Notes under the pieces: model-generated
Told to the model about the DNA's origin: nothing
What the model saw: only the letters and a program-made list of their open reading frames with translations
Databases searched by the model: none
Position numbers and translations under genes: made by a program
DNA from: Mobula hypostoma
Lineage: Eukaryota
Assembly: GCF_963921235.1 (NCBI RefSeq)
Contig: NC_086097.1
Coordinates: 95,172,001-95,236,000, forward strand
Reading direction: 5' to 3'
Length of the DNA stretch: 64,000 nucleotides
In this document: one piece after another, positions 1 to 12,050 of the stretch
Numbering within the stretch: position 1 is the stretch's first letter
Layout: every line of letters starts with the position of its first letter

Positions 1-262
1 TTTGGACCTCCCCATCCCCCTCTCACATCTCTTACTAACTTCTTCCTTCAGTTAGTCCTGACGAAGGGTCTCAGCCTGAAACATCGACTGTACCTCTTCC
101 TAGAGATGCTGCCTGACCTGCTGCGTTCACCAGCAACTTTGATGTGTGTGGCCTGAAACGTCGACTGTACCTCTTCCTAGAGATGCTGCCTGACCTGCTG
201 CGTTCACCAGCAACTTTGATGTGTGTTGCTTGAATTTCCAGCATCTGCAGAATTCCTGTTGT
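1..262 (+). mobile_element. Penelope-like (Neptune-type, family A) pLTR 3' end, cut by the window edge, with an internal ~77-bp direct duplication (74-149 / 151-226)
   Basis: Near-identical to the reverse complement of the terminal repeat at 16081-16260 that follows the GIY-YIG ORF. Ends in ...GCAGAATTCCTGTTGTT. Confidence 0.85.
54..89 (+). ncRNA. Minimal type I hammerhead ribozyme motif, variant stem III (GAAACATC)
   Basis: AGTC-CTGACGA-AGGGTCTCAGCCT-GAAA-CATC-GACT: stem I AGTC/GACT, both core boxes present, stem II AGG/CCT. Confidence 0.7.
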
Positions 263-670
263 TAGCACTGATAAAGAACAGGTTAAGTTCATTGGCCCTG
301 TCCACACTGCCTTCAGCTCCTCTGTTGCTAGTTTGCCGAAACCCAGTGATGGTCCTCATCCCACTCCAGACCTCTCTCATGTTGTTCTGCTGGAGTTTCC
401 ACTCAAGCTTCCTCCTGTACCTGTCTTTAGCCTCCCTGATCCTGGCTTTCAGGTCCCTCTGTATTGCCCTCAGCTCCTCCCTTTTTCCATCTCTAAACGC
501 CCACTTTTTAGCGTTCAGGATGTCCTTAATGTCCTTTGTCACCCATGGCTTGTTACCTGAATAACAAAGGACAGTTCTTGTCAGAACATTGCAGTCCACA
601 CAGAAGTTAATGTAATCAGTGATGCATTCTGTGAGCCCATCAATATCCTCTCCATGTGGCTCACAGAGGC
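263..670 (-). mobile_element. Rex1/Babar LINE internal fragment (region between endonuclease and RT)
   Basis: ORF 204-683 contains ITDYINFC..NKPWVT..KKWAFR..REAKDRYRRKLE..NNMREVWSGMRTITGF, typical of Rex1/Babar ORF2. Confidence 0.8.
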
Positions 671-695
671 AGGGGAGGCACAAATGGCAGGGGAG

Positions 696-948
696 CTGTG
701 AGGCCTTGGTCGTAGCAAGGACTAGGCCTCAAACCACGGTGTCACCTGTGAGGCCTTGGTCGTAGCAAGGACTAGGCCTCAAACCGCGGTGTCACCTGTG
801 AGGCCTTGGTCGCAGCAAGGACTAGGCCTCAAACCGAGTGTCACCTGTGAGGCTTTGGTCGTGGCAAGGACTAGGCCTCAAACCGCGGTGTCACCTGTGA
901 GGCTTTGGTCGTGGCAAGGACTAGGCCTCAAACCACGGTGTCACCTGT
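696..948. repeat. Minisatellite, 5 copies of a 50-bp unit with an internal hairpin
   Basis: Unit CTGTGAGGCCTTGGTCGTAGCAAGGACTAGGCCTCAAACCRCGGTGTCAC starts at 696, 746, 796, 845 and 895. Confidence 0.95.
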
Positions 949-1414
949 TTGCAGCCGCCCAGGGGGAGGCAGTGCGGCGCAGGCTCTATGCTGGAGTCGG
1001 TGCTGCCCCCCTCGCCCCACCCCACCACAGTGTTCACCTGGCAGAACACAAGCTGTTATCACTGATCGCATTTGATATAACATTGCTTATTCTCCGCCCT
1101 CAGTTAACTTCACGTACCCTAGAGGTTGCTTTTCATTCTGAGCTTTGTAAATGACATACATGATGAAACTTAGTAAATAAACACAATACCTATTCAACAG
1201 TGGGACTGATTATACTGACTGATTATATTCACTGATTATACACTGTATGCAAGTCTGCTATCTGGTCCATGCAGGAAATATTCTCCATCACCATTCATAG
1301 ATGCACAGAGTGTAAGATAAATTGATAAACTCACTTGGTAAGGATGCACACATGAGTAAATGAAGGTCCTTCTACTAGAACACTGCACACCCCTCCCTCT
1401 ACCCGTTCTAGCAC

Positions 1415-1830
1415 TGACACCAATCACCATGAAGTGCTTTGAATGGCAGATAATGGCAAAAGTCCATTCCTGCCACATTGGATACTCACCAAAATGCTGA
1501 TTGACAAGTTCGCTGATGACACAACAATGGTAGGGCTCCTCACCAACAATGATCAGACGGCCTACAGTGTGGAGGAGGAAGAGCACGAGGCCACAACACC
1601 AACCATCACTACTTTATTATTTCCTGTCAGTCACCTAATGTACAGCCTAGAGTCACTTTATGGACATACAATCAATGTACAGTATATAAGCTATCTTATA
1701 TATCTATATTTACACTTTTTTATTACTGTGTTCATTATGGCTTTTTTGTGCTGCATTGGATCCGGAAGAATAATTATTTTGTTCTCCTTTACACTTGTGT
1801 ACAGTAAAATGACATTAAACCATCTCAAAT
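1415..1830 (+). mobile_element. Degenerate, internally deleted Rex1-like LINE 3' remnant
   Basis: Encodes IMKCFE-like and KFADDTTMVGLLTNND RT fragments, followed by an AT-rich 3' UTR. Confidence 0.65.
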
Positions 1831-2446
1831 CTGCCCTCACCCCTGCTTATTAGAGTACATCAAAACCCTGTCTGGTCTAGCACCTGATGCCTCTCTTTCT
1901 GCTTGTGTAGCACATAACTCCTGTCTGCTCTAGCACTGTACCAATTCCTCCTACCTGTTCTAGCACCACACAGTTCTACTGCCTGTTCTAGCAAATCCTG
2001 CCTCCACCCCCGATTATTCTAGCACAACAATCCTTTCTGCTCTAGCTCCTCACAGCCCTCCTTCTGTCCGCAATTGTATCACATACCAGTCTCCATGCGT
2101 GTACTTTTAAAAATTCATTTAGGGACGTGGGCTTCACAGGATGAACCAACATTTCATTGCCCTTGAGAAGGTGGTGCTGTGTTTCCTTCATGATTTGCTG
2201 CAGTCCTTGAGGTCTGCATATACCCACAATGTTGTTAGGGAGAGTTCCAGGATTTCGACCCAGTGAAAATTTCCAAATCAGTGATATATTTCCAAATCAA
2301 TTGTAAGTGGCTTGCGAGGGCAACTTCCAGATGGAGTTATCTCATACTTATGCTATCCTTCTCCTTCATGCTGGTAGATGTTACGTGCTTGAAATTTGTT
2401 GGTAGGTTGTTGTGATGTGTCCAAGAGATGGTGCAAATTGCTGCAT

Positions 2447-2644
2447 GCAACACACATCAAAGTTGCTGGTGAACGCAGCAGGCCAGGCAGCATCTCTAGG
2501 AAGAGGTACAGTCGACATTTCAGGCCAAGACCCTGAAACGACGTCTGTACCTCTTCCTAGAGATGCTGCCTGGCCTGCTGCGTTCACCAGCAACTTTGAT
2601 GTGTGTTGCTTGAATTTCCAGCATCTGCAGAATTCCTGTTGTTT
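2447..2644. mobile_element. ORF-less fold-back (palindromic) pLTR element, PLE family A
   Basis: Inverted arms ~2447-2511 / 2547-2610 made of pLTR sequence. Flanked by GCAAATTGCTGCAT (2433-2446) and GCAAATCGCTACAT (2645-2658). Confidence 0.85.
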
Positions 2645-2942
2645 GCAAATCGCTACATCTTTGCATTGGTGGTGGAATGGTGGAATGGGTCAATGGTTGT
2701 GAATGGGGTGCTTATTGAGCAGGCTGCTGTGACCTGCATGGTGTCAAAATTTCTGAGTGTTGTTGAAGCTGCACTCATCCAGGCAAGTGAGAATATTCCA
2801 TCACACTCCTTCCTTAAATCTTGTGGATGGTGAATGTGCTTTGGGGAGTTAGGAGGTGAGTTTCCCAGCCTCTGAACTGTTCTTTTAGCCACATTGTGTA
2901 TAAGACAACTCCAGTTCAGTTTCTGGTCAATGGTAATCCCAA

Positions 2943-3790
2943 GAATTCAAGATTCAAGTTTATTCATCACACGTAGATCGGAATAAACAAAGGTATCCTT
3001 TGTGTTAACAACCAACAGAGACATGGATGTGCTGGGGGCAACTCGCAATCACAAGTCTTGCCATCACATTCCTGCACCACAATAACATACCCACGATGCT
3101 TTGTAGAGCAACACAGAATACAACAAAATATAAACAAGCAACAAAGTAAGCCCCATTCCTCCCTTCCACACATGCATATACACAGTTCTCTTCAGTCTGC
3201 AGATTCAGACTCAGTCATGCATACAATGAGCCTTTGAGCACCTCAGTGGACTCACAGAGATTCACTGACCCGGGTGTCTGGTCAATGGACCTTGACCTTT
3301 GGACTTCCAATTCTTCCCCTAGGCCTTTATCTTCAGCATCAACATCAGTACTCACCCATCACCAAACACTAGGCCTTGAACTGTGGATTTGCCAAAGGCA
3401 GGACCCGAACACTAGGCCTTGAACTCAGGTCTCACTGATTTGTGAACCCAGGGAGTCATTGGGCCCCTTTCCTCCTGCCTGCTTGGGCATCCACCTCCAG
3501 AACCTGCCAACAACTCACAGACCCTGGGGGAGCCATCAACTTCCATCCACATAGGGCTATCGGCCCAACATCCAGGCCCCTCACGCGGATGTCCCAAGTC
3601 TACATCACTGACCTCGAGCACTGAATGGAGACTTAAGGCTCCAGCCTGTCCTCTAATTCTCCTACAGCCCTCTCCCTAAAACCCTAATTTGACCCCTGAC
3701 TCCCTTCTTTGACCTCAAAACCATCTCCATAAATCCCAAAAAACACTAAAAACACTCAACAAAGATCGCAGCTTTGTGCCATCTTGATAT
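2943..3790 (-). mobile_element. Non-autonomous retroelement with a LINE-like 3' tail
   Basis: Minus strand begins near CAAGATGGCAC and ends in a (TTGAA)-type tail (plus strand: ATTCAAGATTCAAGTTTATT). No intact ORF. Confidence 0.4.
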
Positions 3791-4539
3791 AGATAGTGGG
3801 AGATTCAGTGATGGTAATGCCATCAAAAGTCAGGGAGTGATAGCTATATTTTCTGAGGTTGGATATTGTCAATGTTTGACATTTACGTGGCAAGTTACAT
3901 TCATGCCAACCATCAGCCCAGGCCTAGAAATTCTCCAGGTCTTACTGCATTCAGCAGACTGCTTCAAAATCTGACGAGTCACAGATGGTGCTGAACATTG
4001 GCGAGTCATCAGCAAATATGCCTGCTTTTGACCTTACCACTGTAGGAATCATCGAAGAAGCAGCTGAAGATGGTTGACCTTGAAGACTAAGCATCAAAGA
4101 TGCCTGTGGTTGAGATGACTGACTGCCAATCACCTTCCTTTGTCATGGATACAATTCCAATCAGTAGAGGCCTTGCCTCTAATTCCAAAAGACTTCAGTT
4201 TAGCCAAACCTCCTGAATGCCATTTTCATTTAAATGCTACCTTAATATCAAGGGCAATTAATAATACAATAAACTGTTGTCCTTCATGCTCTTCACTTTA
4301 CGCTCACCCTTTTGCCTGTTCTTGCTTTGTACATGGTCTCTCCTGCAGTATGTGTAGGGGATTTACACATGTGCTCATCCTCTTGCATATACTTATACAG
4401 TACACACATTCTCCCACCTGTACTGGCACCTGAACTGTTAGTTTACCTACAGTCATCCTGCCTATTGTCACTGCTTTTACTCAACCTGTTGCCAATAATC
4501 GCACTGTCCACGGAACCACAATGTGAAAACTTATCTAGC

Positions 4540-5700
4540 TCAAGTTTAAGTTTAATTGTCATTCAACCATACATGAATACCCATGAATACAGTCAAACAG
4601 AACAGGTTCCTCTGAGGCCAAGGTGCAAAACACAGTACCAACAGTCACACACAGCCCAGGCACTTACTGCACATATAAGATAGCAAGCGGATATAATATA
4701 GGAAGCACATATAAGACAGCAGTAAAATACAGTTACACAAAAACAGTGTAGTCCAAGTCCCTGAATGTTGCAGCAGACTGCAGTTGAACACAATACAGCT
4801 TGTCTTCTGCTGAGTGAACACTGGGGGCAGCAACAACTCCAGCATGGACACCATGTCACACTGCTTCTGTCACTCTGGTGGAGCACCCAACTCTGACACC
4901 TCTCCTGGGCGGCAGCAAACAAGCAACACCACAGCTTAAGACCCAGTCCTCATTAAGACTGAGGCCACACAGCTCCCCACCATTTGCCAGTAAACCAAAG
5001 TTTAAAGTAAATCTATTATCAAAGTTCATACGTATATGTCACCATATACAATGATGAGATTTATTTTCCTGTGGGCATACTCAATAAATCCAATAACCAT
5101 AATTGAATCAATGAAAGGCCACACCCAATAGGAAGGACAACCAGTGAGCAAAAGACAACAAACTGCATATACAAAAAGAAAGAGGAAAAAAGAAATGATA
5201 ATAATAATTAATAAACAATAAATATGGAGAACATGAGATGAAGAGTCCTTGAAACTGAGTTCAGTGGTCGTGGGAACAGCTCATAGATGGGGTAAGTGAA
5301 GTTATCCAATTGACTCAAGAACCTGATGGTTGAGGGGTAATAACTGTTCCTGAACCTGGTGGTGTGAGCCCTGAGGCTCCTATACTTTCTTCCTGATGGC
5401 AGCAGCGAAAAGAGAACATGTCTTGCAGCATTCCACACCACCGATGCCCAACAGAGAACGTTAGCTTACACACTGACAGCTCTCTGTCACAGGCAGCATC
5501 TCAGTCTGCACCAGTTCCAACTCCTTCAGGTTCTCCATCAACAGGCAATTTGCTGATGGGGTGACCTGCAGCAATTTAAGTTGTTAATGTCCAGCAGGCT
5601 CTTGCAATGATAAAAAAAATACATTTAAATAAGACAATAACACGTTTGGATGGTTCCATAGAGGCTGCTGCATCTGAGGGCACCACCAGCTTACTGGAAG
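4540..5700 (-). mobile_element. Nested Rex1-related elements: Rex1 3' end (~4998-5425) inside a non-autonomous element
   Basis: ORF 5208-5441 contains HVLFSLLPSGRKYRSLRAHTTRFRNSYYPSTIRFL, the Rex1/Babar C-terminus. The flanks are homologous to 680-970. Confidence 0.7.
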
Positions 5701-6446
5701 TGTCATATTCAATCAAATGCTGTCTTAATGTCAAAGGCAATTAACTATTCAGTAAACCATAAATAAAATCCCCATAAATAAAATATTCTCCTCCCACCTG
5801 CAACTACCCTTTGCAAATTCCTACCTGGATTTATCCCTAACCATTTCTGCCAGTAATTATAGCCTTCAGTCTCCAAGCTCCTCATTACAATTCAGCAAGA
5901 TCCTATAATCTTGTGTCATTACACGTGAGATCCTTTCCTTGATTTCATTGTATTATAGTTTTAAGGGTCCTTCAGTGCAATCGATCCATGCTACTATGTT
6001 TGATCCACACAAGCCTCCATCCACTCCTCTTCAGAATGCATTTGAGTTCCCTTTATCTGTTTAACTGGCTTCACACCAGCACCAAGATTAAACTTCAGGT
6101 GGTGGCAAATTCCAGGTCACTAAAGTGATCCAACACAGGATAGCGCAACTCACATTTTGACTGTCATACTGACATTGATTTCGAGCCTCAGTTTTAACTC
6201 TTTTATTCCCACCGCACCACATAGCCCAATGAAAATATTGTGTGGAGAGTTAGGGTGGGTGGGTGCAGCTTCAGGATAAATTAAAACAAAGTAAGCTCCA
6301 AACTCCAACATCCCAGCCTTTCTCATTTTGTTAGGTCAAACTCAGGCCACCAAGCAGACACCCACAAAAGTGTGGCCTGATGGCATCGTCAGTGTGCAGT
6401 GTAGATCACCAGGATATCTACATCATCAGCTGGCTGGCGGGAGGCG

Positions 6447-6742
6447 CCCTTTGGTTAGGGCTGATATGTGTCAGGCATGATTCAGAATCCTTTGGTAAGG
6501 GTTAGTATGTGTCAGGAGTCATTCAGAACCATTTGGTAAGGATTAATATGTGTCAGGAATCATTCAGAATCCTTTGGTAAGAGTTAATATGTGTCAGGAG
6601 TCAATGAGAATAATGAGAATCATTTGGTAAGGACTAATATGTGTCAGGAATCATTCAGAATCCTTTGGTAAGGGTTATTTTGTGTCAGAACTCATTCAGA
6701 ACCATTTGTTAAGGGTTAATATGTGTCAGGAGTCATTCAGAA
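6447..6742. repeat. Minisatellite, ~7 copies of a 41-bp unit
   Basis: Unit ~CCTTTGGTAAGGGTTAATATGTGTCAGGARTCATTCAGAAT. One copy carries a 9-bp AATGAGAAT duplication. Confidence 0.92.
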
Positions 6743-8318
6743 CCCTCCACACTTGATGAGAGTGGCAACTTCACTGTCAGTAAATGGCCGACTTTGGTCT
6801 GCTTTAGGATGAAAGGTCATTTTTTTTCTCCACTCCTGCTCAGAAGTTCAGAATATTTTATTTTCACTTCAGATTTCCAGAGGCTGCATATCTTTTTTTT
6901 TGCTTTTACATTGTCTTTCAAAACCTTTCAAAGTACAAATTAAGGCAGCATGGTAGCACTGCAACTTTCCATCCAGTTCAGACCCAGCTAGCAGCAACCT
7001 TCCACTCGGATAAGGACAGTGCGAACGCTGGTCTGCTGGGCCTGTAGTTTGTGATCCAGCCTCAGCATTCATTGTACCACATCCTCACTTCATCTAACTC
7101 TGATGTCCCAACAAGCATTTGCACAAACCAGCTGTCAAACTACTGCAATCTGACCTGATATCTGCTAGTGAGTAACAGAGAACAACATTAACATTTTCAC
7201 AAGGTTTAATAGAGTGCCGCACCTCTTCAGAATGTGGTCTGAACAGTTTCCAACCTTCACTTTGGTTGATGATGTTTGCTTTTGCTTGTGCAAGTATAGC
7301 ATTGCTCTGCTGGCCTATTCAGTTATTGCACTGTGCAGAGTAGAGTGGAGCCACACTGACCAGTTAGATCCCAAATCCCACATGGGGCTGTGGTACCATC
7401 AGCTGAATGCTAGCCCATTTTGTCCAGGCAGAGATTGCTAAATGAATGCTGGGAGATGCAAATTCTAACTACCAACCTACTAGAATACTTTTACTGTCAC
7501 AAGACAATGTTTTCCATGACAAACTGGTCTGGGACGACTTAGTGGCTTTGGAACAGTGCAAGGGAATTACACAGGCAACAAGGATTTCCGCCCAAAGAAA
7601 GAAAAAGATAAACAGAATATTGAAAACCCAGCTTTATTAATAGTGGTATTGAACCCACTTTTATTTCACACACTGCTACTCTAAGCCTCTCTCCCATCCC
7701 CTCTCCACTTTATTGTGGCTCTGGATCATTAATGAATTCACCAGCTCTGCTCTGAACTCAGATCAGAGCTTCGTTCCCATGTCTCACCTTCACTTGCTAG
7801 TAAAAGTGGTTTACAATGTACAGAATAAAATTTTCTCAATGTTTACTGTCATCAAACTGATAATGATGTTGCTTTCTCTGTTGCAAATTGCTGGCAATAA
7901 ATATGACCGCAGTGGGTGCCTGGAGGAAAACATATTGCACTAAAACATGTAACTGCTCATCTTTACCAGTTGTACTCAATAAAAACAGCAAAGAGACAAC
8001 GGGCTGGAACAGCACACAAGGATACCGGAGTGGTAAGCAGCAACAGCTGAGCATGTGATCTGAGCACATTGGTGTTTCTACAGAGCAAAACAAACTAAAT
8101 AAAAGGAGTGTTCACCCTAAAGCAAGTTAAGGTTTGCCCTTCCAAACTGCATTTTGTTTCGCAAAATATCCTTTCCACACAGAATTTTCATGATTAAAAA
8201 TTGTTTATTTTAAGAAGGTGATAAACTTCAGTTAAAAACAGACATCATCTTTGTGAGGAAAGAAATAGTGGAAGAACATACCAATGAAATGATGTTAAGA
8301 AAACAGGGTGTGGTTTTT

Positions 8319-8542
8319 AAGCAATAAACAAGATGCTGAAGGTTCTCAGTGGGTCAGGCAGCCTCTAGTAAAAGGATATGGACAGTTGACCTTTCTTGGG
8401 TCAAAATCCTTCATCAATACTGATGAAGGGTCTCAACATGAGAGACTGGTTATCCATTTTCCTTTACAGATACTGCCTGAACTGCTGAGTTCCTTCAGCA
8501 TCTTGCTTGTTGTTCCAGATTCCAGCATTCTTAATCTTGTGT
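8319..8542. mobile_element. Older degenerate fold-back pLTR element (PLE-derived)
   Basis: Arms AAGATGCTGAAGG..TCAGGCAG / CTGCCTGA..CCTTCAGCATCTT. Centre CCTTCATCA-ATAC-TGATGAAGG (8408-8429) is two opposed hammerhead cores. Confidence 0.7.
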
Positions 8543-8550
8543 GCCTACAG

Positions 8551-9299
8551 CAATGTTCTCTCTAATTTGTAATAACCAGTGTGTGCATAAATCATATGCT
8601 GTACAATTTTTGCCCAGTGACAACAACATGCGAGCACCGAATCTTTAATGTATTGTACGTAACTATTTCTCGTAACTGCTTGTTCCTGATCTCATGAGCT
8701 TTGGGTGTAGCAGTTTTTACTGTTTCATTTAGCCATTCTGGTTTGAATGAACTAGCAGTTCTTTTGCACTTCATGCCCTTTGCTTCTTTGGAATTTGACA
8801 TGATGGCATCCATCTGTCTCAAAGGTCAATGGAGTGTGTGCTATGGGTCAGTCCATTGCAGAGCTGCAATGCCTGCTATGGTTGTGCTGTCTAGTTTTGG
8901 AGCGGCAGGTCTTGCTGCAGTTTCTGCAAGTGAATGTTGGGCTTATCACTCATAACTGCAGCCTCCCGTGTTGGTTCTGTCACTACAAACAGTGGCACTG
9001 GAGTGACCACCCCAGGGTGGAAGGTATGGAGATCTTGAAATTTGCCATCGTGAATCAACAAGTTCTTCATTAAATAAGCCAGTTCTAAAATCTGCAGACA
9101 ATCATCACACACTCTACTGTCAATACCATCCACATTAGAAACCAGAAAAGAAAACGTGATTGTGTACAATTGTGAAATATACGTAACATGTCCACAAGGT
9201 AGAGGGTGACAGCCTTTTGTGCACAATTTAAATTCCTTTGAGCGTTAGTAGCAGAAGATGTGTGCGCATGCACATGGGCTCACCTTAGAGGGAACATTG
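8551..9299 (-). mobile_element. Non-autonomous hAT (Tip100/Arthur-like) DNA transposon
   Basis: TIRs CAATGTTCTCTCTAA ... TTAGAGGGAACATTG. Internal ORF 8592-8822 has SSFKPEWL, resembling a hAT transposase N-terminus. Confidence 0.7.
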
Positions 9300-10202
9300 G
9301 TCTCCAATGCTATTTAGTACAGCTTTTCATTCAATCACCTGTTCACACTCTGCATCTGAACATGTCACCAATCAGAACTGAAGTCTGCACAGTGATCAGG
9401 AGGCCATTATGATTATTGCAGGTCTGCTGAAGGCCTGTCCCAGAAGTTTTAAGCCACCCATCATTCCTAGAATCCAGTTCTAGCATTAATACTATTCAGA
9501 TTAACTGAGGAACAGAAAATATTAGCTCCATACAGTAAACTATAGACTAAGAAGAAAATTCAACATATCCAGGTAATGTTTGCTGTCAGATCCTCTTGTC
9601 TGGATCCTATGATTTTGTCCTCCCACATCATCTGTGGGCAAACTTTGGATATGCACCAACATGGATATCAAAAATAGCTTCTAGAGAAAGAGTTGGGAAC
9701 TTAAAACAGGAAAGGAAATTTCTTCATTCAAGAGTCTGGGATCATCCTTAAATTCTTATGGCAGAGGGTTAGAATACTTGATTGATAGGCAGACCTGAAA
9801 CAGAAATCTTGATGCTTCATGGAAGTAAGAGAATAAAGGGATAAGCACAGCAGGAAAGTGATGACCTGATGTGTGTGTGTGTGTAAACTGCACCTACACC
9901 AACTTCAGCTTCTTATATTCTTATGTTATTAGACTGTAGACCCATTGCTCTGGTTCCTTAATATTTCAGTGAAATATCCTGCACTGTGCTATTAGATGGT
10001 TAGGGCTTCAATGGAGTAAGTTTGCTTCTGCTGGCAAGAAGGCTTGTAGCTAGCACAGTTACAACAACTGGCAAAACAACCAGTGGGAAAACAAGATTTT
10101 TTTTTAAACCCAGCAAATCCAGTGCAGTGTTTAAAAGTTAGATGAGTTAGATTCAAAAATAACATTCCACAAAGAGAAAATTTACCAGATCCAGATCCAG
10201 CT

Positions 10203-10490
10203 CCACAGTAGTGCAGCGGTTACCGTGACACTATTACAGATCGGGGCATTCTGGAGTTCAGAGTTCAATTCTGGCACCATTCTGCAAGGAGGCTCTGTAC
10301 GTCTTCCCTGTGGAATGAAAGGGTTTCCTCCGGGTGCTCTGGTTTCCTTCCACAGTCCAAAGAGCTACTGGGTAGGTTAGTTGCTCTGTGATTAAGTTGG
10401 GGTTAATCGGAGTTGTGGGGTTGCTGGGGCAGCATGGTTCGAAGGGCCGGGAAGGCCTACTCCACACTGTATCACTAAATAAATAAATAC
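10203..10490 (+). mobile_element. V-SINE-like (HE1-like) tRNA-derived SINE
   Basis: B-box-like GAGTTCAATTC, V-domain GGGTTTCCTCCGGGTGCTCTGGTTTCCTTCCACAGTCCAAAGA, (TAAA)n tail. Confidence 0.75.
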
Positions 10491-11639
10491 ATCTCAGAGA
10501 AAGAGTAGGAAATGAAATGGAGTCGATGAAGATTGGGTGGCTTTTGTTCTCTGATCTGAGAGTTGCCGAAACTAAGAGCTCAGTTAAGGAGTAAAAATCA
10601 AAGGATGTTAAGATCTTGATTTCATTTGTTTTCGAGGACATTTTCAAGTATTATAGATGTCAAATGTCACAGTGCTCGTTACAGTCTCTCTTTTATCTTT
10701 CATGTACTTTCACTTCCTCTAAATAAATATGTCTTTGTGCTAGTTGTGGTGTCTGCGTCACCTCTTCAATGCAGTGATATTCCCCAAGTAGAACATAGTG
10801 AATCATGTGTTGATTAACCAGTGTGGGCCTCGTGTTTAACGGTATGGTACCATAGCAATTTTAAGTAGTGCTGCATGCCATCCCATTGGAACTTAGCCAT
10901 AGATGAATACCCCTGTAAAGTACTTTATACATGATTCAGTCTCTATAAAAGCAACTTGCTGCCAATGAGGAAGAAAGTAGTAGTTAAAACAAATTATATT
11001 TCTCTCTTACACTAAAGTAACCTATGGTATTATTTCCTCTTGCATGCAGTCATGGATGACTAAAGGTTTGGTGCAGAACAGATAATGATTTTTTTTTAAA
11101 CCCACAGCAACAAATTAGTAGCAGAAAGAAGGGGGCAGTCTGGTAGGAAATAGGTATATGTGAAAATATACCCTAAGGGAAACTTGAATTTGCTATCCAC
11201 CGTGCTATTAAAAACGACAAATGACCAAAATAGTATTACAGAAATTTAAATAAGTCGTTGCTGGACACTATATTTAGGTGACACTTTGAGGTGAATGAGG
11301 TCCCGTTGGTCTTTGTGGGTTCCTGTCCTGTGAATGTTTCCATTGAGATCAGCGACTCAACCAGGAAGTGTGGAACTAATTATAGAGGGTATTATACTGC
11401 TTTGACCCAGGGCACAGTGAGCTATACAAACGCACTGTCTGGGCCTAGAAGTAAATAAATCACGTTGCACCTTATATGACAGCACCATTGCAAATATCGC
11501 AGCTCTTTGCTCTCCCATTTCTGCTTCTAAACTGCCTACCTCTCCTTCACTCAAAGTTTGGTGGAAGAGGTTTGAATAGGTGGCAAACTTTTAGTGCTGG
11601 TAAACAACCAACTGCATGTATTACTAGACTACTTTCACA

Positions 11640-11950
11640 GAATCATACAGTAAAGAATCAGGTCCTTTAGCCCACTGTCTCTGCTGATCACCAATCACCA
11701 ATTTACACCTATCCTACAGCAAACTCATTTTTTATTCTCATTAACTTGCCCCAGGGGCTACCACTCACCTGCACACAAAGACCAATTTACAGTTCCCACT
11801 TCACTTATTAATCTGCATGTTTCTGAGATGTGGGAGGACCCGGAGGAAACCTAGGCAATACGGGGAGAAAGTACACAAGGAGCACACAAGATCCTGACTC
11901 AACCTGGTTCTCTGGTGCTATGAGCCAGCAGTTCTACAAATTGAACCAGT
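11640..11950 (-). mobile_element. Degenerate V-SINE-like element
   Basis: Reverse-complement V-domain (GATGTGGGAGGACCCGGAGGAAACC). Confidence 0.55.
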
Positions 11951-12050
11951 CCTTTCAATATCTATTCAGCAACCCATTAAACAGCTTAAAGTGAGGTATT
12001 TTGAATGCTTCTAATGCCATACCATATGGCTCTAACAGAGTAGGAACTCG

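Noticed and set aside
696..948. CRISPR-like appearance of palindromic repeats
   Set aside because: Units are contiguous with no unique spacers, there are no cas genes, the context is eukaryotic, and the unit derives from a dispersed repeat.
1850..2060. Degenerate recurring motif CTGTTCTAGCAC (similar loose periodicity at ~34250-34500)
   Set aside because: Irregular spacing and low identity. Probably a decayed minisatellite with no functional evidence.
7969..8031. Possible 63-nt plus-strand exon (TTTACCAG ... GTAAGC)
   Set aside because: Splice signals alone are insufficient and the peptide is not recognised.
10203..10280. tRNA-like A/B boxes
   Set aside because: This is a SINE head with no complete cloverleaf, so it is not called as a tRNA gene.
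11271..11285. 15-nt match to the SP6 promoter primer (TATTTAGGTGACACT)
   Set aside because: The essential ATAG end is missing and there is no flanking vector sequence. Most likely chance.
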